This document shows, piece after piece, positions 28,680 through 38,948 of a stretch of DNA of 64,000 nucleotides. Position 1 is the first letter of the stretch; each line of letters starts with the position of its first letter. Origin of the DNA: an uncultured Syntrophomonadaceae bacterium (GTDB taxonomy: Bacteria; Bacillota; Dethiobacteria; DTU022); NCBI GenBank assembly GCA_964389365.1, contig CAYMDO010000009.1, positions 3,576-67,575 of the forward strand, read 5' to 3'. Below the pieces are notes generated by a model that did not search any database, had not been told where the DNA came from, and was given only the letters and a program-made list of their open reading frames with translations. Position numbers and translations under genes: made by a program.

Positions 28680-30230
28680 ATGATGGGCGAGACTTATTTG
28701 CTTGGGATTGACCTGGGAACAATGGGAACTAAGGCAGCTCTATACAATCTGGAAGGAAAAGCCCTAGCAGAAGCTTACGAGGAATCTATACTGCGCTACC
28801 CGCGAATAGGCTGGGTGGAACAGGATTTTGAAGAGATTTATAGTTCGGCAGTTAATTGTATTAAAGAAGTTTTAGAAAAAAGCGGCATCGAAAGTGGTGC
28901 CGTGGCGGCTCTTGCATTCAGCAGTCAAATGTCAGGTATAGGGATGATTGATCGGGATTGGGCGCCCGCAGCCCATTATGACAGCTGGCTCGATACTCGC
29001 TGTGAATCAGCTTTCCCCCTCATGGAGCCTTACTGCCATGATTTTACAGCAAACAGTGGTTGCCCACCTACCTATGCTCATGCAGCAAAAATTATCTGGT
29101 GGAAGAATAACCAGCCGGAAGTATTTAAAAATGCAGCACGATTTGTTGTTCCGCTCGCCTATGTTGCCGGCAAGATGGCCGGATTGAAGGCCGATGAAGC
29201 CTATATTGATCTCACTTGCCTGCATTTTTCAGGATTCAGCAATACCGGAGAGCAGAAGTGGTCACAGGAGTTGCTTAACAAGTTTGAAATACCCGAAGAG
29301 AAAATGCCACGAATTATATCTCCGACAGAGGTTATCGGAAAAGTCAACCGTGAAGCGGCCCGTGCAACCGGTTTAAAAGAAGGCACACCTATTGCTGCCG
29401 GTGCAGGGGATCAAGCGGCAGCATCTCTTGGCGCAGGAGTGGTCGAGCCGGGTGATGTTTTTGACAGTGCCGGAACCGCTTCTGTTTTTTCAGTCTGTGT
29501 TAATAGCTTTTTGCCTGACGTCCGGAATAAAGTTGTTCTGGCCACTCATGGTGTCATACCCGGTACTTACTATGCCTTGTCATTTATTAATGGAGGCGGC
29601 CTAAATTTAAGATGGTTCCGTGATACTTTTGGTCTCCAGGAGAAGAATGAGGCTGCGGCGGCCAAAAAAGAAGTTTACCAGATCTTTGATCAAATGGCTG
29701 CTCAATCTCCGGCAGGTTCGGGCGGCACAATATTTATTCCCCATTTGCAGGGCAGAGTAGTTCCGCCGGACGCTTCATTAAGAGGGCTCTGGGTTGGTTT
29801 TACCTGGTCTCATGACCGTGGCCACCTTTTCCGGGCGATGATGGAAGGGGTCGCTTATGAGTATGCATACTATCTGCAGATAGAAAAAGAGCTTCACCCG
29901 GATCTCGAGTGCCGGGAGGTAAGGGCGATCGGTGGTGGTGCATCAAGCGATCTATGGAATCAAATTAAAAGTGATGTTTTAGACATACCATATTGTCGAA
30001 TTAACCGATCGGAAGTTGGCACCTGGGGCTGTGCCATGATTGCCGGCAAAGCAGTAGGTATTTTTAACGACTTAAAGACAATTTCCAAGGAAGCCACACA
30101 GATTAGCCATCGCCTTGAACCGCGCTCTCATTACACCGGATTTTATCGACCCTATGTTGACATTTACAGGCAGATAATTGAAGGGTATGCCGATATATTT
30201 GATGGCTTAAGTGAGCTGCCTTTGGAGTAA
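28680..30230 (+). CDS. FGGY-family carbohydrate kinase (xylulokinase/gluconokinase-like)
   Basis: N-terminal LLGIDLGTMGTKAALY. FGGY_N and FGGY_C domains. Confidence 0.8.
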   Translation: MMGETYLLGIDLGTMGTKAALYNLEGKALAEAYEESILRYPRIGWVEQDFEEIYSSAVNCIKEVLEKSGIESGAVAALAFSSQMSGIGMIDRDWAPAAHYDSWLDTRCESAFPLMEPYCHDFTANSGCPPTYAHAAKIIWWKNNQPEVFKNAARFVVPLAYVAGKMAGLKADEAYIDLTCLHFSGFSNTGEQKWSQELLNKFEIPEEKMPRIISPTEVIGKVNREAARATGLKEGTPIAAGAGDQAAASLGAGVVEPGDVFDSAGTASVFSVCVNSFLPDVRNKVVLATHGVIPGTYYALSFINGGGLNLRWFRDTFGLQEKNEAAAAKKEVYQIFDQMAAQSPAGSGGTIFIPHLQGRVVPPDASLRGLWVGFTWSHDRGHLFRAMMEGVAYEYAYYLQIEKELHPDLECREVRAIGGGASSDLWNQIKSDVLDIPYCRINRSEVGTWGCAMIAGKAVGIFNDLKTISKEATQISHRLEPRSHYTGFYRPYVDIYRQIIEGYADIFDGLSELPLE

Positions 30231-30274
30231 TTAGTAACAAATTAAGCAGCTAAAAAAGAAGAAAGGGGTTACAA

Positions 30275-30928
30275 ATGCTTGCCAAGGTAAAAATATTTAA
30301 CCGTATTTTTAATGCCGGTATTATTGCTGTTATCAGGGCTGATTCAATGGAACAGGCGCTGGCGACAACAGAAGCGGTACGAAATGGCGGCGTAGATATT
30401 ATTGAAATCACCCTGACTGTTCCAGGTGCTTTGGGTGTAATTGAAGAGTTAACAAAGACATACCGCAACAATGAAATACTGATCGGTGCCGGAACGGTAC
30501 TGGATTCCGAAACTGCCCGCATCTCTCTATTGGCAGGAGCTGAATTTGTTGTCAGCCCCTTTCTGAATCACGATGTGCTAAGACTTTGCAATCGCTACCA
30601 GAAAATTTGCATGCCTGGTTGTATGACTGTAACAGAGATTGTTTCTGCTCTTGAAGCCGGGGCGGACTTAATTAAACTCTTTCCCGGAAGTTTTTTTGAC
30701 CCCTCAATAATTAAGACCTTGAAAGGACCTTTGCCCCAAGCTGAATTTGTTCCTACCGGGGGAGTTAACCTCGACAATGTTCAGGATTGGATTTATAACG
30801 GATGTATAGCAGTTGGGGTTGGTGGAGAACTGACCAAAGGGGCTGCTGAAGGTGACTACCGAAGAGTTACAGAAACCGCCCGCCAATTTGTCGAAAAAAT
30901 ACGGACAGTACGTCCTTTACAAGCGTAG
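30275..30928 (+). CDS. eda: KDPG/KHG-family aldolase (2-dehydro-3-deoxy-phosphogluconate / 4-hydroxy-2-oxoglutarate aldolase)
   Basis: 217 aa. IIAVIR, EITLT, GAGTVL, KLFPG, PTGGV motifs. Confidence 0.8.
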   Translation: MLAKVKIFNRIFNAGIIAVIRADSMEQALATTEAVRNGGVDIIEITLTVPGALGVIEELTKTYRNNEILIGAGTVLDSETARISLLAGAEFVVSPFLNHDVLRLCNRYQKICMPGCMTVTEIVSALEAGADLIKLFPGSFFDPSIIKTLKGPLPQAEFVPTGGVNLDNVQDWIYNGCIAVGVGGELTKGAAEGDYRRVTETARQFVEKIRTVRPLQA

Positions 30929-30952
30929 TATAGCCAGGAGGCTTGTGAGACG

Positions 30953-31825
30953 ATGAAATATGCTGTTAGCAGTTGGATCTATGGAGGCGAGAGCTTAGAG
31001 CATGTTTTTGACCGGTTAGCTAGGTATGGATACGATGCTGTTGAATTGGAAGGCGAACCGGATAAGTACGCAGTAAAAGAAGTTCTAGAGCTAAGTCGCC
31101 GGTACTGCCTCTCAATATCCGGAATTGCCGGGATGTATCCATGGCCAACCGAGGAGAGGGATCTGGCTTCACCAGATCCAGAGGTAAGGAAAAGAGCAGT
31201 GCAATATTTGCATTCCTGCATAGAATTTGCTCATGATCTGGCTGCACCGTTGGTAATTGTGGTGCCATCTGCGGTGGGAAAAACCATGCCTTTACCGATC
31301 TTTAATGGAGAAAAGGATATATCAGCATGGGATGAAACAGTTGAGAGGGAGTGGGCATATGCGCAGGATTCAGTTGGTAAATGTTGTGAGGCTGCCCGTG
31401 AAAAAGGAATAATTTTGGCAGTTGAGCCGATTAACCGCTATGAAACCTTCCTTATCAATACCTGCCGCCAAGGCTTGCAGTTTATATCATCATTCGGCGA
31501 AAAAACAGTAAGACTTCATCTTGATACATTTCATATGAATATTGAGGAAATAAACCAGAAACAGGCCATCCTAGAAGCAGGAGAACTTCTGGCCAATCTT
31601 CACGTGGCCGACAGTAATCGACAGGCGGTTGGGAGAGGGCATATTGATTTTGCCGGAGTAGTCAGCAGCCTTAAAGAGATAAATTATGCAGGAGTACTTT
31701 CTTTGGAACCACTGCCGCCAGTTCCTAATCCTTATGTGGCCATGAAACTGGATCGCTACAAAGCAATGCGAGACGAGATTGCCCGTGAAAGTATTGAAAC
31801 GTTGAAGATAATAGATGCACAATAG
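30953..31825 (+). CDS. sugar-phosphate isomerase/epimerase, paralog of 22574-23452
   Basis: Shares VEPINRYETFLIN and LHLDTFHMNIE with the upstream paralog (~45% identity by eye). Confidence 0.8.
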   Translation: MKYAVSSWIYGGESLEHVFDRLARYGYDAVELEGEPDKYAVKEVLELSRRYCLSISGIAGMYPWPTEERDLASPDPEVRKRAVQYLHSCIEFAHDLAAPLVIVVPSAVGKTMPLPIFNGEKDISAWDETVEREWAYAQDSVGKCCEAAREKGIILAVEPINRYETFLINTCRQGLQFISSFGEKTVRLHLDTFHMNIEEINQKQAILEAGELLANLHVADSNRQAVGRGHIDFAGVVSSLKEINYAGVLSLEPLPPVPNPYVAMKLDRYKAMRDEIARESIETLKIIDAQ

Positions 31826-31879
31826 ATTACGCAACAGCCGATTATTAAGGGATTAATTAGGCCGAGAGGAGGTTTTGCC

Positions 31880-32449
31880 ATGAAAGAAAACAAAATTATG
31901 GACCCTTTTTATGTGGAGATTAGCTGTGAAAATGGAAGCGTATCGTCGCCGGCAAGGTTAATCAGACGTCGGTTAAGTGATTTAGCCGGTCTGTTTTATG
32001 ATCAGGATGCTTATAATCGTGCTTTGGCAGACGATGATCCAATTCTCTATGAAGTATATGAGGTCAGGGTGCCGGAAGAAGAAGGCCATCTTTTATCATG
32101 CACAACAGTGATCTATCCGGGCAAAGTTGGAAAAGAGTATTACTTTACCAAAGGGCATTTTCATGTTCTGGAAAACAGGGCTGAAATATATACATGTTTG
32201 CGCGGGCAAGGCTACCTTTTGATGACTACTAGGTCTGGTAATAGCCATAGTATAGCTATGAAGCCTGGAGTTTCTGCCTATATACCACCATACTGGTCGC
32301 ATCGTACTTTAAACTGTGGAGAAGAGCCCTTTATTTTTTATGGTGTATGGCCGGGAGATGCCGGTCATGATTATGAAAGTATAGTTGAGCAAGAGTTTCC
32401 TCTTCGTGTTTTAGAAGAAAATGGTAAACCGGTTATCAAAACTTCATAA
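31880..32449 (+). CDS. cupin-type glucose-6-phosphate isomerase (archaeal-type cPGI)
   Basis: Collinear with P. furiosus cPGI: TTVIYPGKVGKEYYFTKGHFH, YIPPYWSHRTLNCGEEPFIF, PGDAGHDYES. Confidence 0.85.
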   Translation: MKENKIMDPFYVEISCENGSVSSPARLIRRRLSDLAGLFYDQDAYNRALADDDPILYEVYEVRVPEEEGHLLSCTTVIYPGKVGKEYYFTKGHFHVLENRAEIYTCLRGQGYLLMTTRSGNSHSIAMKPGVSAYIPPYWSHRTLNCGEEPFIFYGVWPGDAGHDYESIVEQEFPLRVLEENGKPVIKTS

Positions 32450-32531
32450 CCGTTGATGTTGATATTTAAGCAATTTAATACCTATTAATGGGAGTATATA
32501 TTAGGGCTTCCTGAATGAAAGCCTAATTAAA

Positions 32532-33178
32532 ATGGTTATCGACGTCAGAAACGTTGGCCCGGCCCCGCTGCTTGCTGCCCTAGGCAGGGAACCGGGCATT
32601 GTCGAGAGCATCAACACCCGCCTTCCTGCCACCTGCGATTTGGCCGAAGAGCTGATTGTAAAAGCTGTCCGTAAAGATAACTGGTTTAACCTTGGCCAGC
32701 CGGCAGAAGGCAAAGATAATGCTAACTACCGGCTAACCGAATACTTAGAGCAGCTAGATGATAAAAGTTATCGTTTCCTGGTCGTTTACTCTTCCACCCT
32801 TGATCAACGCAAACTAAAAAACCGGACAACCGGGTCAAGGATGAGCAAAAAGGGCTGGAAAAAGAGATCGCCACTCTTGGAGCCAAGCAGTTCGTTTGCC
32901 AGCCTGATGCCGAGGCAGCCCTTGACTGCTTTATTATAGAACACAAAGGCGGCTTGCTTAAGATAGCTGGCACGGTAGCGTTAGTCGAGATCCCTGAAAT
33001 AAAGAAAAGTTTTGAACCAACGGCCAAGAAGGCGCTCGATCTGTTTGCCGCGATTAAGGCTGTTTGGCTAAATGACGGCACATCCATCGAGCGTCAGTTG
33101 CCAAAGCGTTACCGGGAATTGACCATGGTGCTCAAGATGGCCGGTTTTGATTTTGATATCTTTACTTCACCTCCGTAG
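32532..33178 (+). mobile_element. transposase remnant (IS4/IS1634-family-like, frameshifted and truncated); tentative
   Basis: ORFs 32532-32939 and 32954-33178 join through a frameshift near 32820 (RFLVVYSSTLDQRKLK then EQKGLEKEIATLGAKQFVCQPDAEAALDCFIIEHKGG). There is no intact DDE domain. Confidence 0.35.
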
Positions 33179-33362
33179 TGGTAGTTAATATAAATAGGAC
33201 AAAGAAAACAGTTGTTGGTAAGTGCAAGGGTGCGGAAAATCAGATATTAACAGTTCTTGCATTCGCCCAAATATCCTCCCCAAAAAATGTACCAAACTAA
33301 TATCAAAAGGGGTTCCGGGCAAATTTACCATGAAGTAAATGCTCCAAAACCCCTTATTTTAC

Positions 33363-33440
33363 TGGTGCGCCCGGCAGGATTTGAACCTGCGGCCTCCTGA
33401 TTCGTAGTCAGTTACTCTATCCGGACTGAGCTACGGGCGC
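33363..33440 (-). tRNA. tRNA-Arg (anticodon ACG)
   Basis: Reverse complement GCGCCCGTAGCTCAGTCCGGATAGAGT..CTACGAA..GGTTCAAATCCTGCCGGGCGCACCA. Cloverleaf with CCA encoded. Confidence 0.85.
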
Positions 33441-33443
33441 ATG

Positions 33444-33538
33444 TGGCGGAGAGAGAGGGATTTGAACCCTCGAAGCAGGCTTTTACCCACTTAATCGCTT
33501 AGCAGGCGACCGCCTTCGACCTCTCGGCCATCTCTCCG
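33444..33538 (-). tRNA. tRNA-Ser (anticodon GCU), long variable arm
   Basis: Reverse complement GGAGAGATGGCCGAGAGGTCGAAGGCG..CTGCTAA..GGTTCAAATCCCTCTCTCTCCGCCA. Confidence 0.85.
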
Positions 33539-33554
33539 TATACCTGTATCTTAT

Positions 33555-33640
33555 GGCGGAGGGGGTGGGATTCGAACCCACGGCCCTTTCGGGTCACTAG
33601 TTTTCAAGACTAGCTCCTTAAACCGCTCGGACACCCCTCC
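33555..33640 (-). tRNA. tRNA-Ser (anticodon UGA), long variable arm
   Basis: Reverse complement GGAGGGGTGTCCGAGCGGTTTAAGGAG..CTTGAAA..GGTTCGAATCCCACCCCCTCCGCCA. Confidence 0.85.
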
Positions 33641-33702
33641 TAAGAAGGCTTAATTGGCAAGTTAAAGTATAGCAAAGGGAAAAACCTGTGTCAATTTTGT
33701 TT

Positions 33703-34980
33703 TTACCCGCCGGTGATCTTTTCCCGCCCGTTGAAATAAGGGCGCAGCGCTTCCGGTATAACAACAGTGCCGTCTTGCAGCTGGTAATTTTCCAAGATGG
33801 CAGCTACAGTCCTTCCGACAGCCACCCCTGAACCATTTAGCGTATGGACAAACAGTGCCTTTTTGCCCTGTTCCGGCCGGTACCTGATGCCTGCACGGCG
33901 GGCCTGAAAGTCGGTAAAGTTGCTGCACGAAGATATTTCCCTGTAAGTATTGTAAGACGGCAGCCAAACTTCAAGGTCGTATTTCTTGGCCGGGGCAAAG
34001 CCTAAATCACCGCTGCACATCAGCATTACACGGTAAGGCAGGCCGAGCAGCTGCAAAACCTTCTCGGCATCATTGGTCAGTTTTTCAAGTTCATCAAACG
34101 AGTCTTCCGGCTTGACAAATTTCACTAGCTCAACTTTGTTAAACTGGTGCTGACGAATCAGCCCGCGCGTGTCCCGGCCGTGAGCTCCGGCTTCGGCCCT
34201 AAAGCAGGCGCTGTAAGCGGCATACTTGAGCGGCAGCTGCTCAACATCAAGGATCTCGTCGCGGTGCAGGTTGGTTACCGGCACCTCGGCTGTCGGGATT
34301 AAATAATAGTCGGTTCCTTCAACCCGGAAAGCATCGTCTGCAAACTTCGGCAGCTGGCCGGTGCTGGTCATACTGGCGGCATTAACAAGGAAGGGAGGAA
34401 ATACCTCGCGATAACCGTGATCGGTTGTGTGCAGATCAAGCATAAAAGAGATTAGCGCCCGTTCCAGCCTGGCTCCGTCGCCATGGTAAAGGGCAAAGCG
34501 GCTGCCGGTAATTTTTCCGGCTCTCGGAAAATCGATGATCCCGAGAAAAGACCCTAAATCCCAGTGAGCCAGCGGCGCAAAGCCAAACTGCGGCTGTTCG
34601 CCCCAGCGGCGCACCTCGACATTATCTTCTTCGTCTTTGCCTCGCGGCACCGAATCATCGGGGATATTCGGCAGCCCCAGGAGCTGCGTCTCCATCTCGC
34701 TGTCGATCAGGCGCAATTTTTCATCAAGATCTTTAATCCGGGATGAAACATCGCGCATCTCGTCTTTCTTCTGCTGCATGGCGGCATTGCCGGCGCCTGC
34801 TTTTCCGATCTCCTTTGATACACGGTTGCGAATCTGTTTTAGCTCTTCCGTTTCTTTCAGCAGGTCACGTCTTATTTCGTCGTAGCTTAATATTTTATCA
34901 AGATCGCCGGCTTCGCCTTTATCGATCATGGCCTGACGAACTAGTCCAGGGTTTTCACGGACAAATTTCAGGTCCAGCAA
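33703..34980 (-). CDS. serS: seryl-tRNA synthetase
   Basis: 425 aa. N-terminal coiled coil plus class II core motifs ([19 protein letters not shown]). Confidence 0.9.
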   Translation of the reverse strand: MLDLKFVRENPGLVRQAMIDKGEAGDLDKILSYDEIRRDLLKETEELKQIRNRVSKEIGKAGAGNAAMQQKKDEMRDVSSRIKDLDEKLRLIDSEMETQLLGLPNIPDDSVPRGKDEEDNVEVRRWGEQPQFGFAPLAHWDLGSFLGIIDFPRAGKITGSRFALYHGDGARLERALISFMLDLHTTDHGYREVFPPFLVNAASMTSTGQLPKFADDAFRVEGTDYYLIPTAEVPVTNLHRDEILDVEQLPLKYAAYSACFRAEAGAHGRDTRGLIRQHQFNKVELVKFVKPEDSFDELEKLTNDAEKVLQLLGLPYRVMLMCSGDLGFAPAKKYDLEVWLPSYNTYREISSCSNFTDFQARRAGIRYRPEQGKKALFVHTLNGSGVAVGRTVAAILENYQLQDGTVVIPEALRPYFNGREKITGG

Positions 34981-35031
34981 TTTAATTCCCCCTTACCATG
35001 CCCCCTCGCACACACAAAGAGGACCCTTTTT

Positions 35032-36741
35032 TTACATCTCTTCCGGCGCTTCGATGCCGAGCAGGGCCAGGCCGTTGGCAATAACCTGCCGGGCAGCCCC
35101 GATCAGCAGCAAGCGTCCGTGCTGAAGATCCCCCTCGCTGGCCAGGACCGGGCAGTTATGGTAAAAACGGTTAAACTCCCGGGCTACATCGACCAGGTAG
35201 CGGGCTAAAATTGAGGGGCGGTAAACTTCAGCCGCGGCGATAATCTTCTCCGGCAATATAGCCAAAGCCTTAATCAGTGTTACTTCTTCCTCTTTAACCA
35301 GCACAGAAGCTGCCTGATCGTTCCAATACCCGTAGTCAGGGTCGGTTTTCCGGAGGATACTGCAGATGCGGGCGTGAGCGTATTGAATATAGGCGGCAGT
35401 TTCTCCGGTAAAATCGAGAACTTTATCCCAGTCAAACTCAATGTTCTTTATCCGGTCATTGCTTAAATCGCCAAAACGGACCGCTCCCAGGCCAACCGCG
35501 ATTGCGGCCCGCTCTTTATCGGAGAGGTTAGGATTTTTCTCTTCGATTATTTCCCGGGCCATAGAGATGGAGCGCTTCAATACCTCGTCCAGCAGGATAA
35601 TCTTGCCGGCACGGGTCGACATGCGCCCTTCCTTGAACCGGATCAGGCCAAAGGGGACATGAACGCAATCTTTAGCCCACTCAAAGCCCATCAGTTCCAA
35701 TACTTTGAACAGTTGTTGAAAATGAAGGATCTGCTCAGCCCCTACGACATACAAAGAGAGTGCAAAATCGAAAGTCTTTTTGCGGTAGATGGCGGCAGCC
35801 AGGTCACGGGTTATATATAGGGTTGCCCCGTCTTTCTTGCGCAGCATAACCGGCGGCAGGCCGTAAGGCTCAAGATCGATGATCAGCGCGCCTTCGCTTT
35901 CTTTTGTAATACCCTTCTCCTGAACCAGTTCGATTACGTCATCCAGCATTTTGTTGTAATGGCTTTCGCCGTGACAATGTTCAAATTGAATCCCCAGCAG
36001 ATCGTAAATCAACGCATAGTTCTCGAGGCTTAGGCGACGGAAGCGGGTCCAGTAATCAACAGCTTCCCGATCATCTTCCTCCAGTTTTTTAAACCAGGCC
36101 CGTGCTTCATCTTCCAGAGTTGGATCTTCATCGGCAAGGTGATGAAAATTTACATATAGGCGGTACAGGTAATCCACCGGGTCTGATTCCAGCTGATCTT
36201 CCTCCCCCCAGCGCCGGTAAGCGACTATCAGCTTGCCGAACTGGGTTCCCCAGTCGCCAAGGTGGTTGATGCCGATACTATGATAGCCGAGGGCCCTGTA
36301 AATCAGGTAAAGGGCATGCCCGATCACCGTTGAGCGAATATGCCCCACGCCAAAGGGCTTGGCGATATTCGGTGACGAATAATCGATCGGCACGCAACGG
36401 CCTTTGCCGATATCGCAGTGCCCAAACTTATTTCCCTCCTGCCAGATTTGTCGAAGCACTTCACGCCCGTAAGCTTCCGGGGCGATAAAAAAGTTGAGAT
36501 ACGGGCCTCCGGCAGATGCCCTGTTCCAATACAACCCTTCCATACCGGCCAATTTCGCCGCCAGTTCTTCTGAAATCCGGGCCGGTGCTTTTTTTAATGT
36601 TTTTGCCAAAGCAAAACAGGGGAGGGCCAGATCCCCAAAACCGGGATCCGGTGGAATTTCAAGCAGGCTTTCGATTTCGGCCGGTTCAAGTGAAACATAA
36701 GTGGAGAGGAGGAGGCCGACTTCTTCTTTTAGCTTCTGCAT
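35032..36741 (-). CDS. argS: arginyl-tRNA synthetase
   Basis: 569 aa. SPNIAKPFGVGH (HIGH-like), DALR anticodon-binding C-terminus. Confidence 0.9.
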   Translation of the reverse strand: MQKLKEEVGLLLSTYVSLEPAEIESLLEIPPDPGFGDLALPCFALAKTLKKAPARISEELAAKLAGMEGLYWNRASAGGPYLNFFIAPEAYGREVLRQIWQEGNKFGHCDIGKGRCVPIDYSSPNIAKPFGVGHIRSTVIGHALYLIYRALGYHSIGINHLGDWGTQFGKLIVAYRRWGEEDQLESDPVDYLYRLYVNFHHLADEDPTLEDEARAWFKKLEEDDREAVDYWTRFRRLSLENYALIYDLLGIQFEHCHGESHYNKMLDDVIELVQEKGITKESEGALIIDLEPYGLPPVMLRKKDGATLYITRDLAAAIYRKKTFDFALSLYVVGAEQILHFQQLFKVLELMGFEWAKDCVHVPFGLIRFKEGRMSTRAGKIILLDEVLKRSISMAREIIEEKNPNLSDKERAAIAVGLGAVRFGDLSNDRIKNIEFDWDKVLDFTGETAAYIQYAHARICSILRKTDPDYGYWNDQAASVLVKEEEVTLIKALAILPEKIIAAAEVYRPSILARYLVDVAREFNRFYHNCPVLASEGDLQHGRLLLIGAARQVIANGLALLGIEAPEEM

Positions 36742-36819
36742 AGCTGTCTCCTTGACGCATTTTAAATTATTTTAGCTTATAGGACGGCGGTTGACAATCG
36801 GTTCAGGCAATCGAAGGTT

Positions 36820-38865
36820 TTAAAACTCAGGGTTAATATAGCTTGGCTGTCGGTAAAAACGACCCAGGGCCGGGTAACCGGCGGGCGGGGTCCAGGGTTC
36901 GCCGTTTACCAGGATGTCTGCCCGTTGAACCCGGCTATTCTTGAAAGCTGTAAGAAATATTGAATCGAGGAAGAGAGCGATTTGCTGAATCTCTTTTTCC
37001 GTGGCATCTCCTTTAAACATCTTTCTGAATGCCTTGTTAAAATTTATCTGAAGTTGTTCGCTGGTCTCTCTCAATTCAAGGACAGCCAGGTCGCCGGGGA
37101 TAATTGCGATTGTTGTGCGGGCCGAACGTATAGCCTGCCCGAGCAACTCTTTTAGATCCGCTGTAGCAAATTCGCTGTCAGCCATATCCTTAATGGCCAG
37201 ATAGTAGCGGTTGCCGCTGATCAAGGGGACATACAGCGGTTTTTGCCACCGGTGAGCTTTTATTGGCTGCTCGAGCTTAAGTTGACCAAACTGCTCGAGC
37301 AGATTTTCTCCGCTTACCAGCAGGATCTCTTCCACTCCCGGGCTGGAGCTGACGGTATAGATCAGCGAGTTAAAAGCATTCAAACTTTGAGCTTCGCCAT
37401 TTTGAACCAGGAATTCAGGAGAAAGATCAAGCGTCAGGCTGCCGGTGGCCGGCTCGTAAGATGATGTAATCCGGGCTTCCTTGTTGTGAATGGTTCGGTA
37501 AAGGGCGCTCCCCCGCGCCGGACCGCGCACCAGTTCATCCAGCGCAGCCTGCAGGGGATTATCAGTACGGCTGACGGCCCGGGTTACCGGCACTAGGTTT
37601 CCGCTTTCATCGTTAAAAAATAGAGTCACCATAGTCTCTTCGGATGAAATTCCGGCTGAAACCGGGCTGTAAAGGGGCGCAGTGGAAACTTCGTTCCCGT
37701 TTATGGCGATCTGTGCCTTTAAATCGACCAGGTCTATATACCCGTCGTCTCCACCAATCACAGCCAGTGTTGGATGCCCAGAAACTAGCAAGTGCTCAAC
37801 ACGCATGGCAACTTCCCAGTTATTTATTTCCAGCCCGTCGTGATCAAATATTTTCATCTGCGTGTAATCTTCTTTATAATGGCGCCAGGAACTGGTAAGG
37901 ATATGCCTGCCATCAGCAGTAAAAGCAAACAGTGAGCCGTCTTCGATATTTTTCACCCAGAGCAGGTCTTCGGCCAGGTCGAAGTAAAAAAAGTTATCGC
38001 CTATATCTTCCCTGATGCCGTAAACCAAAATCCGGTTATAGTTCTGGGGGTTAAATAAAACCGTTTGCGGTTTGATGGGCAAACCGGTACTCCACAGTTC
38101 GTAGCCCAGAGCGTCATAAACTATAAGCCTGTTTTCCTGAATCGCGGCAATCCGGCTGTCATGCCTAGAAACAGCTGCCAGCACCTGGTTGCTCTTTGTC
38201 CACAACTCGCGGCCATCAAGGCTTACCGAATAAACCTGCGGTATCCCCTGCTCAAGCGCAGTATAGTATAGGTTGGTCTGTTCCAAATATTCGCTGGAAA
38301 GGTGGAGGTTTATAATCGGGCCGGTCTCAATTGTCCACCGCAGCTCACCTGACTGGTTGTACAGTTCAAGGTACAGATGGCCCTGTTCTTCATTCGATCG
38401 GTAAGCGGCTACCCAGACCCCGTTGGGGGAGATAGCCAGCAGCTCAACCGGGTCGCCTTCATCGTCCCAGGAAAACTGCTGATCGGTCGTAGTGTAATGC
38501 AGCCTGCCGCCGGAAGTCCCTACAACTGCATATTTCCCGCAGGAAGATAGTTTTGCCTGCAGCGGTACGGTAGCAAAAATCTTGTCCCAAAGCAATTTGC
38601 GCTCACGGTCAAGCAAACTGACTTTATTATTGTCGGCGCTGAATAAAATGGCGGTCAAGTTATGGTCGATGCTCAGGTCGTAAAGCTTAACGCGGGTAAA
38701 CCAGAGATCGTATAGATCCCCTGCCGGGTTCTGCGTCAGGGGGTCAACCGGCATGCTCCTGCTTTCAGCAGGAAGAAAAAGCTGCAGGGAAAATAGAGTT
38801 AGCCCGGCCAGGAAAAAAAGCCCGGCCAGGACTACTATATAATAATAGGGTTGAACCCGCTTCAT
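36820..38865 (-). CDS. membrane-anchored beta-propeller/GerMN-domain protein (LpqB-like accessory of the adjacent two-component system)
   Basis: N-terminal TM helix, repeated aromatic-rich beta-strand blocks, C-terminal GerMN-like segments (LFFNDESGNLVPVTRAV...ILLVSGE; ILVNGEPW). Confidence 0.55.
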   Translation of the reverse strand: MKRVQPYYYIVVLAGLFFLAGLTLFSLQLFLPAESRSMPVDPLTQNPAGDLYDLWFTRVKLYDLSIDHNLTAILFSADNNKVSLLDRERKLLWDKIFATVPLQAKLSSCGKYAVVGTSGGRLHYTTTDQQFSWDDEGDPVELLAISPNGVWVAAYRSNEEQGHLYLELYNQSGELRWTIETGPIINLHLSSEYLEQTNLYYTALEQGIPQVYSVSLDGRELWTKSNQVLAAVSRHDSRIAAIQENRLIVYDALGYELWSTGLPIKPQTVLFNPQNYNRILVYGIREDIGDNFFYFDLAEDLLWVKNIEDGSLFAFTADGRHILTSSWRHYKEDYTQMKIFDHDGLEINNWEVAMRVEHLLVSGHPTLAVIGGDDGYIDLVDLKAQIAINGNEVSTAPLYSPVSAGISSEETMVTLFFNDESGNLVPVTRAVSRTDNPLQAALDELVRGPARGSALYRTIHNKEARITSSYEPATGSLTLDLSPEFLVQNGEAQSLNAFNSLIYTVSSSPGVEEILLVSGENLLEQFGQLKLEQPIKAHRWQKPLYVPLISGNRYYLAIKDMADSEFATADLKELLGQAIRSARTTIAIIPGDLAVLELRETSEQLQINFNKAFRKMFKGDATEKEIQQIALFLDSIFLTAFKNSRVQRADILVNGEPWTPPAGYPALGRFYRQPSYINPEF

Positions 38866-38948
38866 TCATCTCACCTCCGCCAAAAGCCAGAGCATAACAA
38901 TTTTAACACAGCAGAAATCAAGGTTATTAAGAAATTGTTTATAAATAA

